Origin: an uncultured Pirellulales bacterium
GTDB lineage: Bacteria; Planctomycetota; Phycisphaerae; Sedimentisphaerales; Anaerobacaceae
NCBI GenBank assembly: GCA_964510545.1
Contig: CAZECQ010000001.1
Span: 1 to 45,563 of the forward strand
DNA length: 45,563 bases
Direction: 5' to 3'
Program-made: the position numbers and the translations under genes
The notes under the pieces: model-generated
The model's database searches: none
Told to the model about the DNA's origin: nothing
The model's input: only the letters and a program-made list of their open reading frames with translations
Shown: positions 18,863-29,259 of the stretch, one piece after another
Position numbering within the stretch: the first letter of the stretch is position 1
Layout of the letters: each line of letters begins with the position of its first letter

Positions 18863-19432
18863 ATGGCCGAGATAAAAATGGTCGCAGGCCTGGGTAATCC
18901 GGGCAAAGAATATGTTAATACGCGGCATAATGCCGGTTTTAAGGTGATAGATTCGCTGGCTGAGGTGCTTGCGATAGATGTTAAAAAGAAGAAGTTCGGC
19001 GCTTTGTTCGGTCTGGGCGAATTTTCAGGTAAGAAGTTAATATTGTTGAAGCCGATTGAATTTATGAACTGCAGTGGTCAGGCGGTTGCGACGGCGGCCG
19101 GTTTTTACAGAGTTGAGCCATTGGATTTGCTAATCATAAGCGACGAGATGGCGTTGGAGCCGGGCAGGATTCGTGTTAGGCGGCAAGGTTCGGCGGGCGG
19201 GCATAACGGTCTGTCGGACGTTTTGGAAAAGCTCGGCACAGAGGAAGTAAACCGGCTGCGTGTCGGCGTCGGTCAGAGTGGTCGGCAGGATGCGGTTGAT
19301 TATGTGCTTGATGAGCCAACGGCGGAAGAGAAGCCGCTGCTCAATGAGGCGATTGAGAAATCGCGGGACGCTGTGCTTTGCTGGATTGAGTACGGTATTG
19401 AAAGAACGATGAATGATTTTAATGAGCCGTAA
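18863..19432 (+). CDS. pth: Peptidyl-tRNA hydrolase
   Basis: Motifs: VAGLGNPGKEYVNTRHNAGF, GSAGGHNGLSDV. The ORF is open from 18842; ATG at 18863 gives a typical N-terminus, but the start is uncertain. Confidence 0.9.
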   Translation: MAEIKMVAGLGNPGKEYVNTRHNAGFKVIDSLAEVLAIDVKKKKFGALFGLGEFSGKKLILLKPIEFMNCSGQAVATAAGFYRVEPLDLLIISDEMALEPGRIRVRRQGSAGGHNGLSDVLEKLGTEEVNRLRVGVGQSGRQDAVDYVLDEPTAEEKPLLNEAIEKSRDAVLCWIEYGIERTMNDFNEP

Positions 19433-19507
19433 GTACATAACAGGTAATTGGTAAGCCGTGAATTGGAAAGTAAAAGTAACATTAAAGTTTGACAGGAGGT
19501 AGTCAGC

Positions 19508-20074
19508 TTGGAAACTATTGTGAAGAAGCTTTACGAGGCGATGTTTCTTATTGATTCGGCCGCGGCCGCATCAGATTGGGACGGAGCCATAGGTGCCATC
19601 GAGACAATACTTAAAAGAGCAGAGGCGGAAGTTATATCAATGAAAAAATGGGACGAGAGACGTCTTGCGTATTCTATTAAGAAGAAGCACCGCGGGACGT
19701 ACATCCTCTGTTATTTTAAGGCTGATGGTCAGAAGATTTCTGCGATTGAAAGGGATGCCCAGTTGTCGGAGCGGGTTATGCGAGTTTTGATTTTGAGCGC
19801 TGAGGCTATGAGCCAGGAAGATATTGGTAAATTGACACCTGCAGAGCAGGCAGAAAGCCGCAGGCAGCAGGCGCTCGATGAATCAGCAGAAAGAGCCCGG
19901 TCAGCGCAGGCAGCCAAACAAAAGGCCGAAGAGCAAAAGGCCGCAGAGGCGTCGGAAAAAACTGGAGACAATGAGAAAGAAGCAGAGGCCGTGATGGAAT
20001 CTTCGAAGGCCGAAGAGCCAAGTGCTCTCGAGAGCAAAGAAGAGAATGAACCGGCTGAAAAACAGGATGAATAA
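19508..20074 (+). CDS. rpsF: 30S ribosomal protein S6 with a long acidic low-complexity C-terminal extension
   Basis: Motifs: LYEAMFLIDS, KKWDERRLAYSIKKKHRGTYI. AGGAGG lies 8 nt upstream of the TTG start. The last ~85 aa are A/E/K/Q-rich. Confidence 0.85.
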   Translation: METIVKKLYEAMFLIDSAAAASDWDGAIGAIETILKRAEAEVISMKKWDERRLAYSIKKKHRGTYILCYFKADGQKISAIERDAQLSERVMRVLILSAEAMSQEDIGKLTPAEQAESRRQQALDESAERARSAQAAKQKAEEQKAAEASEKTGDNEKEAEAVMESSKAEEPSALESKEENEPAEKQDE

Positions 20075-20146
20075 CAGTTGTAGTCCGGCGGCAATTGGAC
20101 GAGGAACAAAGTTTGATTTTTGCCGGATACGGAATGGAGTTTAAGA

Positions 20147-20569
20147 ATGGCTAATTATAATAAAATTTTACTGATGGGTAATCTGACACGTGACCCACAA
20201 TTATCGTATCTGCCCAGTCAGACGGCAGTAGTTGAGTTTGGTCTGGCGGTAAATCGCAGATGGAAGGACAGGGAAGGCGGAGACAGGGAAGAGACATGTT
20301 TTGTAGATTGCCGGGCGTTCGGGCGTACGGCGGAAAATATAAATAAGTATATGAGCAAAGGCAGGCCTTTGTTTGTTGAAGGCAGGCTGACCTACGATAC
20401 GTGGACGGCCCAGGACGGCACAAAGCGCAGCAAGCACCGGGTTACAGTTGAGGGTTTTCAGTTTTTGCCCGGAGGGGCGGGACAAGGGGTACGTGGGGCC
20501 GAGCAGAATGGAGGTGCAGCAGAAAGAGGGGCGGATGTTGGCAACGGAGGTGATGATATACCGTTTTGA
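20147..20569 (+). CDS. ssb: Single-stranded DNA-binding protein
   Basis: MANYNKILLMGNLTRDPQLSY, OB-fold core, Gly-rich linker, C-terminal DDIPF tip. ATG at 20147 has a GGAG upstream (the ORF track starts at 20120). Confidence 0.9.
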   Translation: MANYNKILLMGNLTRDPQLSYLPSQTAVVEFGLAVNRRWKDREGGDREETCFVDCRAFGRTAENINKYMSKGRPLFVEGRLTYDTWTAQDGTKRSKHRVTVEGFQFLPGGAGQGVRGAEQNGGAAERGADVGNGGDDIPF

Positions 20570-20634
20570 AGTCGGAGCTCGAGTCTGACGCGGGCCCGAA
20601 ATTCTAATGATAAAGTGTAAGAATCGAAAGGTAA

Positions 20635-20892
20635 ATGTTGAAAGTAATGGATAGAGACAGAAGAAGAGCTCCCAGCCGAGCAGGTGGTCGCGAACAGACG
20701 CAATGCCGTTTTTGCAGAAGAGGCATCAAGTACGTTGACTATAAAGACATTGATACTCTCGAGAGGCTTTTGACCAATCGCGGCAAGATATACTCTCGCA
20801 AGCGCAGCGGCAACTGCGCCGGCTGCCAGAGGAAGGTAAAAGTGGCGCTTAAACGAGCCAGATATATGGGTCTGTTGCCGTTTACCGCATGA
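20635..20892 (+). CDS. rpsR: 30S ribosomal protein S18
   Basis: Motifs: CRFCRRGIKYVDYKDIDTLERLL, RKRSGNCAGCQRKV, KRARYMGLLPF. Confidence 0.9.
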   Translation: MLKVMDRDRRRAPSRAGGREQTQCRFCRRGIKYVDYKDIDTLERLLTNRGKIYSRKRSGNCAGCQRKVKVALKRARYMGLLPFTA

Positions 20893-20947
20893 GTTGGCAG
20901 TTTGTGACTGGTTATTGTTGCAGTGTGAGTAAGGAAAGGTATGAGAT

Positions 20948-21430
20948 ATGAAGGTTTTGCTTGTTAGTGACATTGACAGACTGGGCTGGCTGGGCGATGT
21001 TGTTGAGGTCAGTACGGGATATGCGAGGAATTATTTGCTGCCACAGGGACTTGCCAAGATGGTGACCGATGCTAATACAAAGGCATTGGCCGAGGAAAAG
21101 CAGCGGCGTGCGGAACAGAGACTGGTTGAGCGTGTCCGGCTTGAGGCGGCATCGTCGTCGGTTGACGGGGCTGAGGCGGTTATCGCGGCAAAAGCGAATG
21201 AACAAGGGCACCTGTTCGGCTCGGTTACCGCAGGACAGATAGCAGCCAACCTCAGGCAACAGCAATTTGAAGTGGCAGATGAGGTTGTTGAGCTTAAGGA
21301 ACATATAAAGCAGGTTGGTACACATACGGTCAGCCTGAAGTTTGCTGAGGATTTGACTGCTACGGTGAATGTTGTTGTGGTAGCCGAGAAAAAAGAAGAA
21401 GAAAACGAATCAGCCGAGGAGGACAGTTAA
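20948..21430 (+). CDS. rplI: 50S ribosomal protein L9
   Basis: MKVLLVSDIDRLGWLGDVVEVSTGYARNYLLPQGLA, with an acidic C-terminal tail. Confidence 0.9.
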   Translation: MKVLLVSDIDRLGWLGDVVEVSTGYARNYLLPQGLAKMVTDANTKALAEEKQRRAEQRLVERVRLEAASSSVDGAEAVIAAKANEQGHLFGSVTAGQIAANLRQQQFEVADEVVELKEHIKQVGTHTVSLKFAEDLTATVNVVVVAEKKEEENESAEEDS

Positions 21431-21445
21431 GGGAAGGGTTTTAAG

Positions 21446-22870
21446 ATGGCTAAGGCGGTCAAGAATGGAGGTGCTGTTACGGCGGTGAACGGGACGACCC
21501 AGGCGCCAAGGGGCGTGTATGCAGGCCGCAGTATGCCGGAATCACTGGCAGCGGAAGCTGCGATTTTGGGCTCGATGATAATTGACCCTGCGTGCATCAG
21601 CGAGGTTGTTGAGCAGCTCAAGGCAGAGGCCTTTTACCGTATCGAGCATCAATATATATTTGATGCTGTGGTTGCACTTTACGAGAAGAATACGGGTGAA
21701 GGGCTTGATGCGGTGCTGCTTCGTGATGAGCTTGAGAAGCGCAAGCAGCTCGAAGCTATCGGCGGCGTGGAATATATCGCCAGGGTTATGGACTCGGTTC
21801 CGTCGTCTGCGAATGTGATGTATTATGCCGGGATTGTAAAAGACAAACAGCTTCTGCGTGAGCTTATCGGAGCGGCGAGTGAAATTCTGGATATGGGCTA
21901 TGAAGAGACGGGTGAGCCGAGCCAAAAACTTGACGAGGCAGAACAAAAGATATTTGCCGTAACCGACAAGAAAATAAGCGGAGCGGCAGTTGTGTTGAAG
22001 GACCTGGTTGTTAGTGCTTTTGAGCTTATCGAGAAGCGCAAAGGCAGTCATGTTACGGGTCTGGCGACCGGTTATTATGAGCTTGATGATTTGACGTGCG
22101 GGCTTCAGAACGGGGAGATGATAATCATTGCCGGCCGGCCGAGTATGGGCAAAACATCTTTGGCGTTGAATTTCGCTGAGCATATCGGTCTGATAGAGAA
22201 ATTGCCCGTTGCGGTATTTTCATTGGAGATGGGCAGGCAGCAGTTGGCGGAGAGATTTTTATGCAGCAGCAGCCATATTGACGCCCAGAAGGTGAGAAAG
22301 GGTATGCTTGATACCGAGCATTATCAGCAGTTGGTAGAGACGTGCGGGGTTCTTTCTGAGGCGCCGATTTATGTGGATGATACGGCTGGTCTGACGCCGC
22401 TTGGACTTCGCGCCAAGGCCAGAAGGCTAAAGAGCCAGCGTGATATAAAATGTTTGATTGTTGATTATCTGCAGTTGATGCATTTGGGTGTGGGCAGGGT
22501 TGAATCGCGACAGCAGGAAATCAGTACAATCTCCAGATATATCAAAGCGCTGGCGAGGGAGTTGAACATTCCTGTGGTGGTTTTGAGCCAGTTGAATCGT
22601 GCTCCGGAGGGCAGAGAAGGTCACAGGCCGAGAATGAGCGATTTGCGTGAGAGCGGCAGTATCGAGCAGGACGCCGACGTTGTGATGCTGCTGCACCGTA
22701 AGGATTACTATCATCGCGGCGACAAGGAGTATGAGCCGGATAATCAGGCGGATTTGATAATAGCCAAGCAGCGCAACGGGCCGACGGGCAATGTAAGACT
22801 TGTCTTCATGGAGAAGTTTACACGGTTCGAAAATGCGTCTGTTTCTCGTGTGGAAGATGCACCGTTTTAG
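21446..22870 (+). CDS. dnaB: Replicative DNA helicase DnaB
   Basis: N-terminal PESLAAEAAILGSMI. Walker A IIAGRPSMGKTSLALNFA, Walker B LIVDYLQLM. Also VVVLSQLNR, RESGSIEQDADVVMLLHR, IIAKQRNGPTG. Confidence 0.95.
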   Translation: MAKAVKNGGAVTAVNGTTQAPRGVYAGRSMPESLAAEAAILGSMIIDPACISEVVEQLKAEAFYRIEHQYIFDAVVALYEKNTGEGLDAVLLRDELEKRKQLEAIGGVEYIARVMDSVPSSANVMYYAGIVKDKQLLRELIGAASEILDMGYEETGEPSQKLDEAEQKIFAVTDKKISGAAVVLKDLVVSAFELIEKRKGSHVTGLATGYYELDDLTCGLQNGEMIIIAGRPSMGKTSLALNFAEHIGLIEKLPVAVFSLEMGRQQLAERFLCSSSHIDAQKVRKGMLDTEHYQQLVETCGVLSEAPIYVDDTAGLTPLGLRAKARRLKSQRDIKCLIVDYLQLMHLGVGRVESRQQEISTISRYIKALARELNIPVVVLSQLNRAPEGREGHRPRMSDLRESGSIEQDADVVMLLHRKDYYHRGDKEYEPDNQADLIIAKQRNGPTGNVRLVFMEKFTRFENASVSRVEDAPF

Positions 22871-22958
22871 CTCTTCACCGGTTAGACGTGAGCTGGAACC
22901 TGATTAGTGTAGAGTGATAGCGTGACAGAGAAATGAAAATTCTTGTGAGGTAAACGAG

Positions 22959-25286
22959 ATGGGAAAAAGAAATTTATCGTGTTTGTTATGTATTGTGTAT
23001 TGCTTATTGGCAGTAGCGCCAGTTTGCGTATGGGGAGCTGGGCAATACGAAATAGACAGTATCAAGACGGCAGGTAACCGTACTATAGCTGCCAGTCGTG
23101 TCTTGGGTATGGTTCGCAGCAGGGTCGGGCAGTTATTTGATGAGAAGGTAGCGGCCGAAGACGCCAAACGCATTGCTGAATTGGCAGGCGTGGAATACTG
23201 CTATTATAATACGGAAATCACTGATGACAGAATCCAGCTGACATTTGTTATTGTCGAACGAAACCTCGTCAGGTCAATCAGTTTTTTCGGCAACCGTAAG
23301 TATAAAGGCAAGAAGCTGGAAAAGAAACTGGACCTGAAGATGGGCGATTATCTCGACCCGGCTTTAGCTGAGGCGGGCAGAAAAGTGCTGAATGATTTTT
23401 ATCTGAAAAACGGCTACGTTTTTGCCAAGGTGGCTCTTGATGAGGGCAGGTTATCGTATGGTGCGTTGGTTTATAAAATTGATGAAGGTCCGAGAGTGAT
23501 GATAGATTCTGTAGAGTTTCGCGGCAATAATTCCATCAAGGCCGGCCCACTTAAGAACGCAATCAAGAGCAGCCGGAAGAAGTACTTTTTTTGGCCGAGA
23601 AGTTATGCCGAAGAGGTGCTGGAGGTGGACCTGGCAAAGCTGCAAAAGATATATCAGAAAAAGGGTTTTCTCGATGTCGAGATAACAGCAAGGCGGCAGT
23701 TCAACGAGGACAAGAGCAAAATCCGCATTACTTTCGCAATTGTTGAGGGAAAGGTTTATAATGTTGGGAATATTTTTCTTGCAGGAAATGAATACTTTGA
23801 CGATGTGAAGCTGCGGGAGATGTTGAGGATTCAAGCCGGCCAGGTCTATAATGAGCAAAGGTGCAAGTCGGACGTAAAGCAGCTGCTTAAGCTTTATCAT
23901 GAGAACGGTTTTATTGACGCTAAGGTCGAGCAGAAGCGCAGATTCGTTTCGCAAGACAAGGTTGATGTTGAGTTTGCGATAACACAGGGGGAGCGTTTTC
24001 GGATAGGCCGGATTAACATCACCGGCAACGAGCAGACGCACGACAAGGTTGTTCGTCGTGTTCTTGATGAATATGATTTTCAGCCCGGTCAATGGTACAA
24101 TGCCGATATGGCGCGTGGTGACGGCGGGGGTGAGCTGGAAAAAATGGTCCGTCGGATAGCTCTGACCGAGTCTGCGACTATAACGCCCACAGGAAAGCAG
24201 CCCGGTCAGAGGGATGCCCAGGTGAGTATTATCGAAGGGCAAACCGGCTCGATAATGTTAGGCGGTGCTGTAGCCAGTGACAGCGGTCTTATAGGCCAGT
24301 TGGTTTTTGACCAGAGGAATTTCGATATTACCGATTGGCCTGAGAGTTTTGGAGAGTTTGTTACCGGCCAGGCGTTCAAGGGAGCCGGTCAAAACCTGAG
24401 GATTGCGCTGCAGCCTGGTACGGTAGTCAGTGAATATCTGATTAGTTTTACCGAGCCATATTTTATGGATAAACCGGTTTCGCTGGATTTGGTTGGTTCA
24501 AGCTGGGAAAGAGAAAGGGAAGCTTATAACGAGCAAAGAACGAAAGGATACATCGGGCTTGAGAAGCGGTATAAAAACCGCTGGCGGAACAGCCTTGGTT
24601 TTCGGGCTGAAAATGTTGATGTCGCCAGTCTTGATGCCGGAGCGCCAACGGAAATCACATCTGTTAGGGGTGATAATGCAATTATGGGAATAAGCGTGGG
24701 CATCGCCAGAGACCTTACCGATAACAGATTTACTCCGAGCAGTGGCGATGTTCTTAGAGCGAGTTATGAGCAGGTTACCGGCGACCACACTTTCGGAATA
24801 TTGAAAGGTAGTTACGGTCGGTACACAACGCTTCATGAGGATTTGGCGGAGCGTAAAACCGTTCTGGCAACCAAGTTCCTTGCAGCGACGATAGTGGGCG
24901 GTGATGCACCTGTTTTTGAGAAGTTTTATGCCGGCGGCACGGGGCTTTACAGTATTAGGGGTTTTGATTATCGCGGCGTGAGCACCAGAGGCAGAAATAC
25001 CATTACCGGCCAAACCGATGACCCGATAGGCAGTGACTGGATATTTCTGGCCAATGCCGAAGTAACGGTTCCTTTGGTGGCCGAGAGTCTTGCGGCGTTG
25101 ATTTTCGTTGACAGCGGCACGATTGATTCGGGCAACTACCGAGCCTCGGCTGGAATTGGTGTTCAAATATTGATTCCCCAGTGGTTTGGGCCTGTTCCGA
25201 TGAGATTCGAGCTTGCGGCACCGTTTATGAAAGAAGGTGATGACGAATTACGGGTCTTCAGTTTTTCTATAGGAAGACTGTTTTAA
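22959..25286 (+). CDS. bamA: Outer membrane protein assembly factor BamA
   Basis: 775 aa. Signal peptide, repeated POTRA-like modules (I..I.F.GN), FYAGGTGLYSIRGF, and a C-terminal beta-barrel ending in ...SIGRLF (terminal Phe). Confidence 0.88.
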   Translation: MGKRNLSCLLCIVYCLLAVAPVCVWGAGQYEIDSIKTAGNRTIAASRVLGMVRSRVGQLFDEKVAAEDAKRIAELAGVEYCYYNTEITDDRIQLTFVIVERNLVRSISFFGNRKYKGKKLEKKLDLKMGDYLDPALAEAGRKVLNDFYLKNGYVFAKVALDEGRLSYGALVYKIDEGPRVMIDSVEFRGNNSIKAGPLKNAIKSSRKKYFFWPRSYAEEVLEVDLAKLQKIYQKKGFLDVEITARRQFNEDKSKIRITFAIVEGKVYNVGNIFLAGNEYFDDVKLREMLRIQAGQVYNEQRCKSDVKQLLKLYHENGFIDAKVEQKRRFVSQDKVDVEFAITQGERFRIGRINITGNEQTHDKVVRRVLDEYDFQPGQWYNADMARGDGGGELEKMVRRIALTESATITPTGKQPGQRDAQVSIIEGQTGSIMLGGAVASDSGLIGQLVFDQRNFDITDWPESFGEFVTGQAFKGAGQNLRIALQPGTVVSEYLISFTEPYFMDKPVSLDLVGSSWEREREAYNEQRTKGYIGLEKRYKNRWRNSLGFRAENVDVASLDAGAPTEITSVRGDNAIMGISVGIARDLTDNRFTPSSGDVLRASYEQVTGDHTFGILKGSYGRYTTLHEDLAERKTVLATKFLAATIVGGDAPVFEKFYAGGTGLYSIRGFDYRGVSTRGRNTITGQTDDPIGSDWIFLANAEVTVPLVAESLAALIFVDSGTIDSGNYRASAGIGVQILIPQWFGPVPMRFELAAPFMKEGDDELRVFSFSIGRLF

Positions 25287-25364
25287 GCTGTGGATGGTAT
25301 CCCAAAAAAGCTAAATGTTAAACGCAATACGATATTTTGTAAGGTAAATCAGGAAAGGGAAATT

Positions 25365-25961
25365 ATGAAGATTAGAGTTGCAGTTTTGGGTTGTTTGATA
25401 GCGGTTGTTTTTTTGTCGGTGGGCCATAGAATTAACCTGGCGATGGCGGCGCCGAAGACAGACAAGGGTGGATTTAAGATTGGTGTCGTCAGTGTTCAGA
25501 AAATCATCATGAATTGCCAGAGAAGCTCAAAGTACCGGCAAGAGAGTCTGGCTGAGCGCAATACCAAGGAGGCGGAATTGAATAAGCTTCTCAAGGAAGT
25601 TGAAGCGGAAGAAGCAGGTTTGAAAACATTGAAGCCGGAGAGTCTGGACCGTTTGGCCAGGACTAAAGATGTGTTCGAGAAACGGGCCAGTCTCCAGGCG
25701 AGGAAGAAGTTTTATGAGCAGGTGATGGTTTTAAGAGAGCAGAGGATGATAGAGTCTCTTTATACGGATATTTTGCGTGTGGTCGGTGAGATTGCGGAGC
25801 AAAACGGACTGTCATTTGTTTTTGAAAGGAGCGAGCCGGAGCTTCCCACGGCAAATCTTAACGACCTTTCGATACTTATTAAGACCAGCAAGGTGTTGTA
25901 CAGCGGCGGCGGCGAGGACATTAGCGATGAGGTAATAGCCCGACTGGATGCGGGAAAATAA
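25365..25961 (+). CDS. OmpH/Skp-family periplasmic chaperone
   Basis: MKIRVAVLGCLIAVVFLSVGHRINLAMA signal peptide, then a K/E-rich coiled-coil region. It sits between bamA and lpxD. AGGAAAGGGA lies upstream of the ATG at 25365 (the ORF track starts at 25290). Confidence 0.75.
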   Translation: MKIRVAVLGCLIAVVFLSVGHRINLAMAAPKTDKGGFKIGVVSVQKIIMNCQRSSKYRQESLAERNTKEAELNKLLKEVEAEEAGLKTLKPESLDRLARTKDVFEKRASLQARKKFYEQVMVLREQRMIESLYTDILRVVGEIAEQNGLSFVFERSEPELPTANLNDLSILIKTSKVLYSGGGEDISDEVIARLDAGK

Positions 25962-26025
25962 TTAAAAAAGTAAGACGAAACGCGCAATCGCCGCATTTTA
26001 GGTTATAGTTTTTAGCTTTTGACTT

Positions 26026-27066
26026 ATGAGAGTGACAGTTGCACAATTGGCTGAACGTCTTGGAGCCGAGTTGGTCGGTGACGGTTCCGGGCAAATAAGC
26101 TCTGTTGGTGCGGTGGAGGCCGCTGACGAGAGCGCGGTCACTTTTGTTACGGATGATAAATATAAGGCCGGTCTGGAGAAGTCGTCAGCAGGTGCCGTTA
26201 TCGTCGGTAGTAAAATGGAGGGTTTTGCCGGCCCTCAGCTTGTTGTTGAAAATGTTGATAAAGCGCTGATAGATGCGTTGACAATTTTTGCGCCGCCACT
26301 AAAGGGTGCGTCTGAAGGTATTGACTCGACTGCAAAGGTTGCCGATGATGCTCAAATTTCCGAAGGTGTTTCTGTGGGTCCTGGCGTGGTAATTGAGGGT
26401 GGAGTCAGGATTGGGCCGAGCACCATAATCGGCGCCGGTTGCAAAATCGGCGAGAATTCCAAGCTCGGTAAAAATTGTCGTCTTGACAGTAATGTTGTTG
26501 TTTATCACAACTGCTGTATAGGCGAGAACGTAATCATCCAGGCAAACAGCACAATCGGCTCGATTGGCTTTGGGCATTCATATATTGACGGCAGACATCA
26601 GCTGATCCCGCACAATGGCGGTGTGGTGATAGAAGATTTTGTCGAGATAGGGGCCAACTGCTGCGTTGACAGGGCAAAGTTCGGCAACACCATAATCGGA
26701 GCCGGGACAAAAATAGATAACCTTGTTCAGATTGCTCATAATGTGGAGATAGGCAAATGCTGTTTGATAGCGGGTCTGGTTGGTATTGCCGGCAGTTGTC
26801 GGCTTGGCGACGGTGTTGTTTTGGCCGGTCAGGTCGGACTGGCGGATAATATAGAAATAGGTGATGGTGTAATAGTCGGTGCTCAGGCCGGTGTTGCCAA
26901 CAGTGTTCCGGGCGGCAAGCAGATAATCGGCTCGCCGGCGATTGACCACAAAAAACAATTTAAGATATTTAGTTTGATGTTTCGTTTACCGAGGCTGGCC
27001 GAGCAGGTAAAGCAGCTCGATGCGAGGGTTGAAAAATTTGAATCTGCAAAAGACAATAAAGAATGA
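26026..27066 (+). CDS. lpxD: UDP-3-O-acylglucosamine N-acyltransferase
   Basis: 346 aa. N-terminal LpxD-type domain, then a long hexapeptide-repeat beta-helix ([40 protein letters not shown]). Confidence 0.9.
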   Translation: MRVTVAQLAERLGAELVGDGSGQISSVGAVEAADESAVTFVTDDKYKAGLEKSSAGAVIVGSKMEGFAGPQLVVENVDKALIDALTIFAPPLKGASEGIDSTAKVADDAQISEGVSVGPGVVIEGGVRIGPSTIIGAGCKIGENSKLGKNCRLDSNVVVYHNCCIGENVIIQANSTIGSIGFGHSYIDGRHQLIPHNGGVVIEDFVEIGANCCVDRAKFGNTIIGAGTKIDNLVQIAHNVEIGKCCLIAGLVGIAGSCRLGDGVVLAGQVGLADNIEIGDGVIVGAQAGVANSVPGGKQIIGSPAIDHKKQFKIFSLMFRLPRLAEQVKQLDARVEKFESAKDNKE

Positions 27067-28348
27067 GGGCGGGGTAACCGGCAAAAGTTTGTTTGCCGGC
27101 AGGGACGCGAAGGTGGTTTTTCGTCCTGCTCCTGCTGATTCAGGGCTGGTTTTCGTGCGTACTGATGTGCCGGAGCCGGTTCGGATTAGAGCTGTTGCCC
27201 CTAATCTTGCAGAGCGAAGCCGGCGTACGACGATAAGGAAGGATTCTGTCAGCATCGAGACGGTGGAGCATTGTCTGGCGGCGGTTAGCGCTATGGAAAT
27301 CGACAACCTGATCGTGGAAGTTGAAGGTTCTGAGCTGCCGGCTCCGGACTGCAGCAGTGTTGAGTATATCAGGGCTCTAAAGCGTTCGGGCATAGCTGAG
27401 CAGCAGGCTTCTCGCAGGGAGTTTGTTATCACCAAGCCGATAAGTATTACGGCCGGCGGCGCTTCGATATATGCCCTGCCTTATGCCGATAACGGATTAA
27501 GTATCACCTATGATTTGGATTACGGCGGTCATACCGGCATCGGCCGACAGATTTTCGGGTGTTGGGTGACGGCGGAAAATTTTGAAAAAAATCTTGCTCC
27601 TGCGAGGACATTTTTGCTCGAAGCCGAGGCCAAGCAGTTTCAGGCTCGCGGGATGGGGACACATCTTGGGCCTCGTGACATTCTGGTCATTAACTCAGAC
27701 GGTCCGATTAAGAACAGTTACCGATTTGTTGACGAGTGTGCCCGGCACAAAGTGGTTGACCTGATTGGCGACCTTGCACTTGTCGGCCGGGCTGTTAAAG
27801 GAAGGATAGTGGCCTACAGGAGCGGTCATTCATTGAACCAGCAGCTCGTAAAGAAGTTGTATGAAGCGGCTGAAAGGCAGGAACGAATGGCGAGCTTCGG
27901 TACTGATGCGCTTTTGGACATACGGCAAATCGCCAAGATTCTGCCGCACAGATACCCGTTTTTGCTGGTGGACAAAGTAGTTGAGATAGAAGGTAACGAG
28001 CGAATAAAGGGCATAAAGAATGTAAGTTTTAATGAGCAGTTTTTCCAGGGCCATTTTCCGGGTACACCTATTATGCCGGGTGTTCTTATTGTAGAAGCGA
28101 TGGCCCAGGTTTCCGGTTTGTTATTTGCTCAGAAGCTCGAGCATGCGGGCAAGCTTGCGGTGCTTTTGAGCATGGACAATGTAAAATTGCGGAAGACCGT
28201 TGTCCCGGGCGACCAGCTTATTCTTATGGCTGAGACGGTCCGGCTCAGAAAAAGGACCGCGCAATGTCGATGCAAAGCGATGGTAGGCGAAGAAGTTGCT
28301 GCCGAGGCGCAGATTAAATTTATGCTTGTGGATGACGAGAAGATATGA
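27020..28348 (+). CDS. Bifunctional LpxC deacetylase / FabZ 3-hydroxyacyl-ACP dehydratase
   Basis: LpxC part: [48 protein letters not shown]. FabZ part: [43 protein letters not shown] at 27020 overlaps lpxD by 47 nt; TTG at 27038 is an alternative start. Confidence 0.9.
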   Translation: MRGLKNLNLQKTIKNEGGVTGKSLFAGRDAKVVFRPAPADSGLVFVRTDVPEPVRIRAVAPNLAERSRRTTIRKDSVSIETVEHCLAAVSAMEIDNLIVEVEGSELPAPDCSSVEYIRALKRSGIAEQQASRREFVITKPISITAGGASIYALPYADNGLSITYDLDYGGHTGIGRQIFGCWVTAENFEKNLAPARTFLLEAEAKQFQARGMGTHLGPRDILVINSDGPIKNSYRFVDECARHKVVDLIGDLALVGRAVKGRIVAYRSGHSLNQQLVKKLYEAAERQERMASFGTDALLDIRQIAKILPHRYPFLLVDKVVEIEGNERIKGIKNVSFNEQFFQGHFPGTPIMPGVLIVEAMAQVSGLLFAQKLEHAGKLAVLLSMDNVKLRKTVVPGDQLILMAETVRLRKRTAQCRCKAMVGEEVAAEAQIKFMLVDDEKI

Positions 28349-28397
28349 ACTTGAGCAGTAAGGTTAAAATTTCAATGGAGGCAAAAGCGAATACAAA

Positions 28398-29204
28398 ATG
28401 AGCAATATACACCCCAGTGCGGTGGTTGATAAAGATGTTAAATTGGCTGATGAGGTAACGGTCGGCCCCAATTGTGTTATCGGCGGCAGGGTTTCGATTG
28501 GCGCCGGTACAGAAATCGGAGCCAACGTGGTGATTGACGGAGACGCCAGGATAGGGCGGAACAATCGTCTTTTTGCCAACTGTGTAATCGGCGGTATACC
28601 ACAGGTGCTTGGCCTTAATTCAGGCAACGAAATCGGGGGGATTATAGTGGGCGACGGCAACACTATTCGGGAACAGGTAACCATTCATCCGAGTATTCAT
28701 TCCGGTCAATTTACGACAGTGGGGAATGACAATTTACTTATGATAGGTGTGCACATTGGGCACGATTGTACGCTTGAGGATAAAACAGTTTTGAGTAATT
28801 ATGTTCAAATAAGCGGTCATTGCAGAATTGGGACCGGTGTCTGGTTTAGCGGTGTGGTTGCGCTGCATCAGTTTGTAACTGTCGGCAGGTGGAGTTATGC
28901 TGCCGGTCTTGCGGGGATAAATCACGACGTTCCGCCGTTTTTGATTGTCAGCGGTCATTATCCGCCGAGGATTCGGGGTGTTAACGCGCGTGGGATGAAA
29001 AGGGCCGGTCTGAGCGAGCAGCAGCAGCAGAAAATTTTCGAGGCCTACAGAAAGCTCTACCGCTCAGGCGGGGCACTGCTGGAGAATGCAAGGGCCTTAG
29101 CTGCTGATGACGGACTTGACGAAAACGTTCGGGACATGGTCGATGTTATAATAAAAAGCAGCAAGCATCGATTTGGCAGATACCTCGAGACGTTCAGGCA
29201 TTAA
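28398..29204 (+). CDS. lpxA: Acyl-ACP--UDP-N-acetylglucosamine O-acyltransferase
   Basis: IHPSAVVDKDVKLADEVTVGPNCVIGG, hexapeptide repeats, HIGHDCTLEDKTVLSN, C-terminal helical domain. Confidence 0.9.
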   Translation: MSNIHPSAVVDKDVKLADEVTVGPNCVIGGRVSIGAGTEIGANVVIDGDARIGRNNRLFANCVIGGIPQVLGLNSGNEIGGIIVGDGNTIREQVTIHPSIHSGQFTTVGNDNLLMIGVHIGHDCTLEDKTVLSNYVQISGHCRIGTGVWFSGVVALHQFVTVGRWSYAAGLAGINHDVPPFLIVSGHYPPRIRGVNARGMKRAGLSEQQQQKIFEAYRKLYRSGGALLENARALAADDGLDENVRDMVDVIIKSSKHRFGRYLETFRH

Positions 29205-29259
29205 AAAAGAGCGTGAGCACTTTTGCCTTATGTGTTTATGATTTATAAAGCGAGATGGT

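Noticed and set aside
20458-20973. 171-aa - strand ORF spanning the ssb end, rpsR and the rplI start
   Set aside because: It overlaps three conserved ribosomal/SSB genes on the opposite strand and has no independent support.
21542-22183. 213-aa antisense ORF inside dnaB
   Set aside because: It is a shadow ORF. The dnaB frame carries all the helicase motifs.
23451-25166. Antisense ORFs of 263 aa and 222 aa inside bamA
   Set aside because: Same reasoning: they are embedded in a conserved CDS on the other strand, with no motifs and implausible composition.
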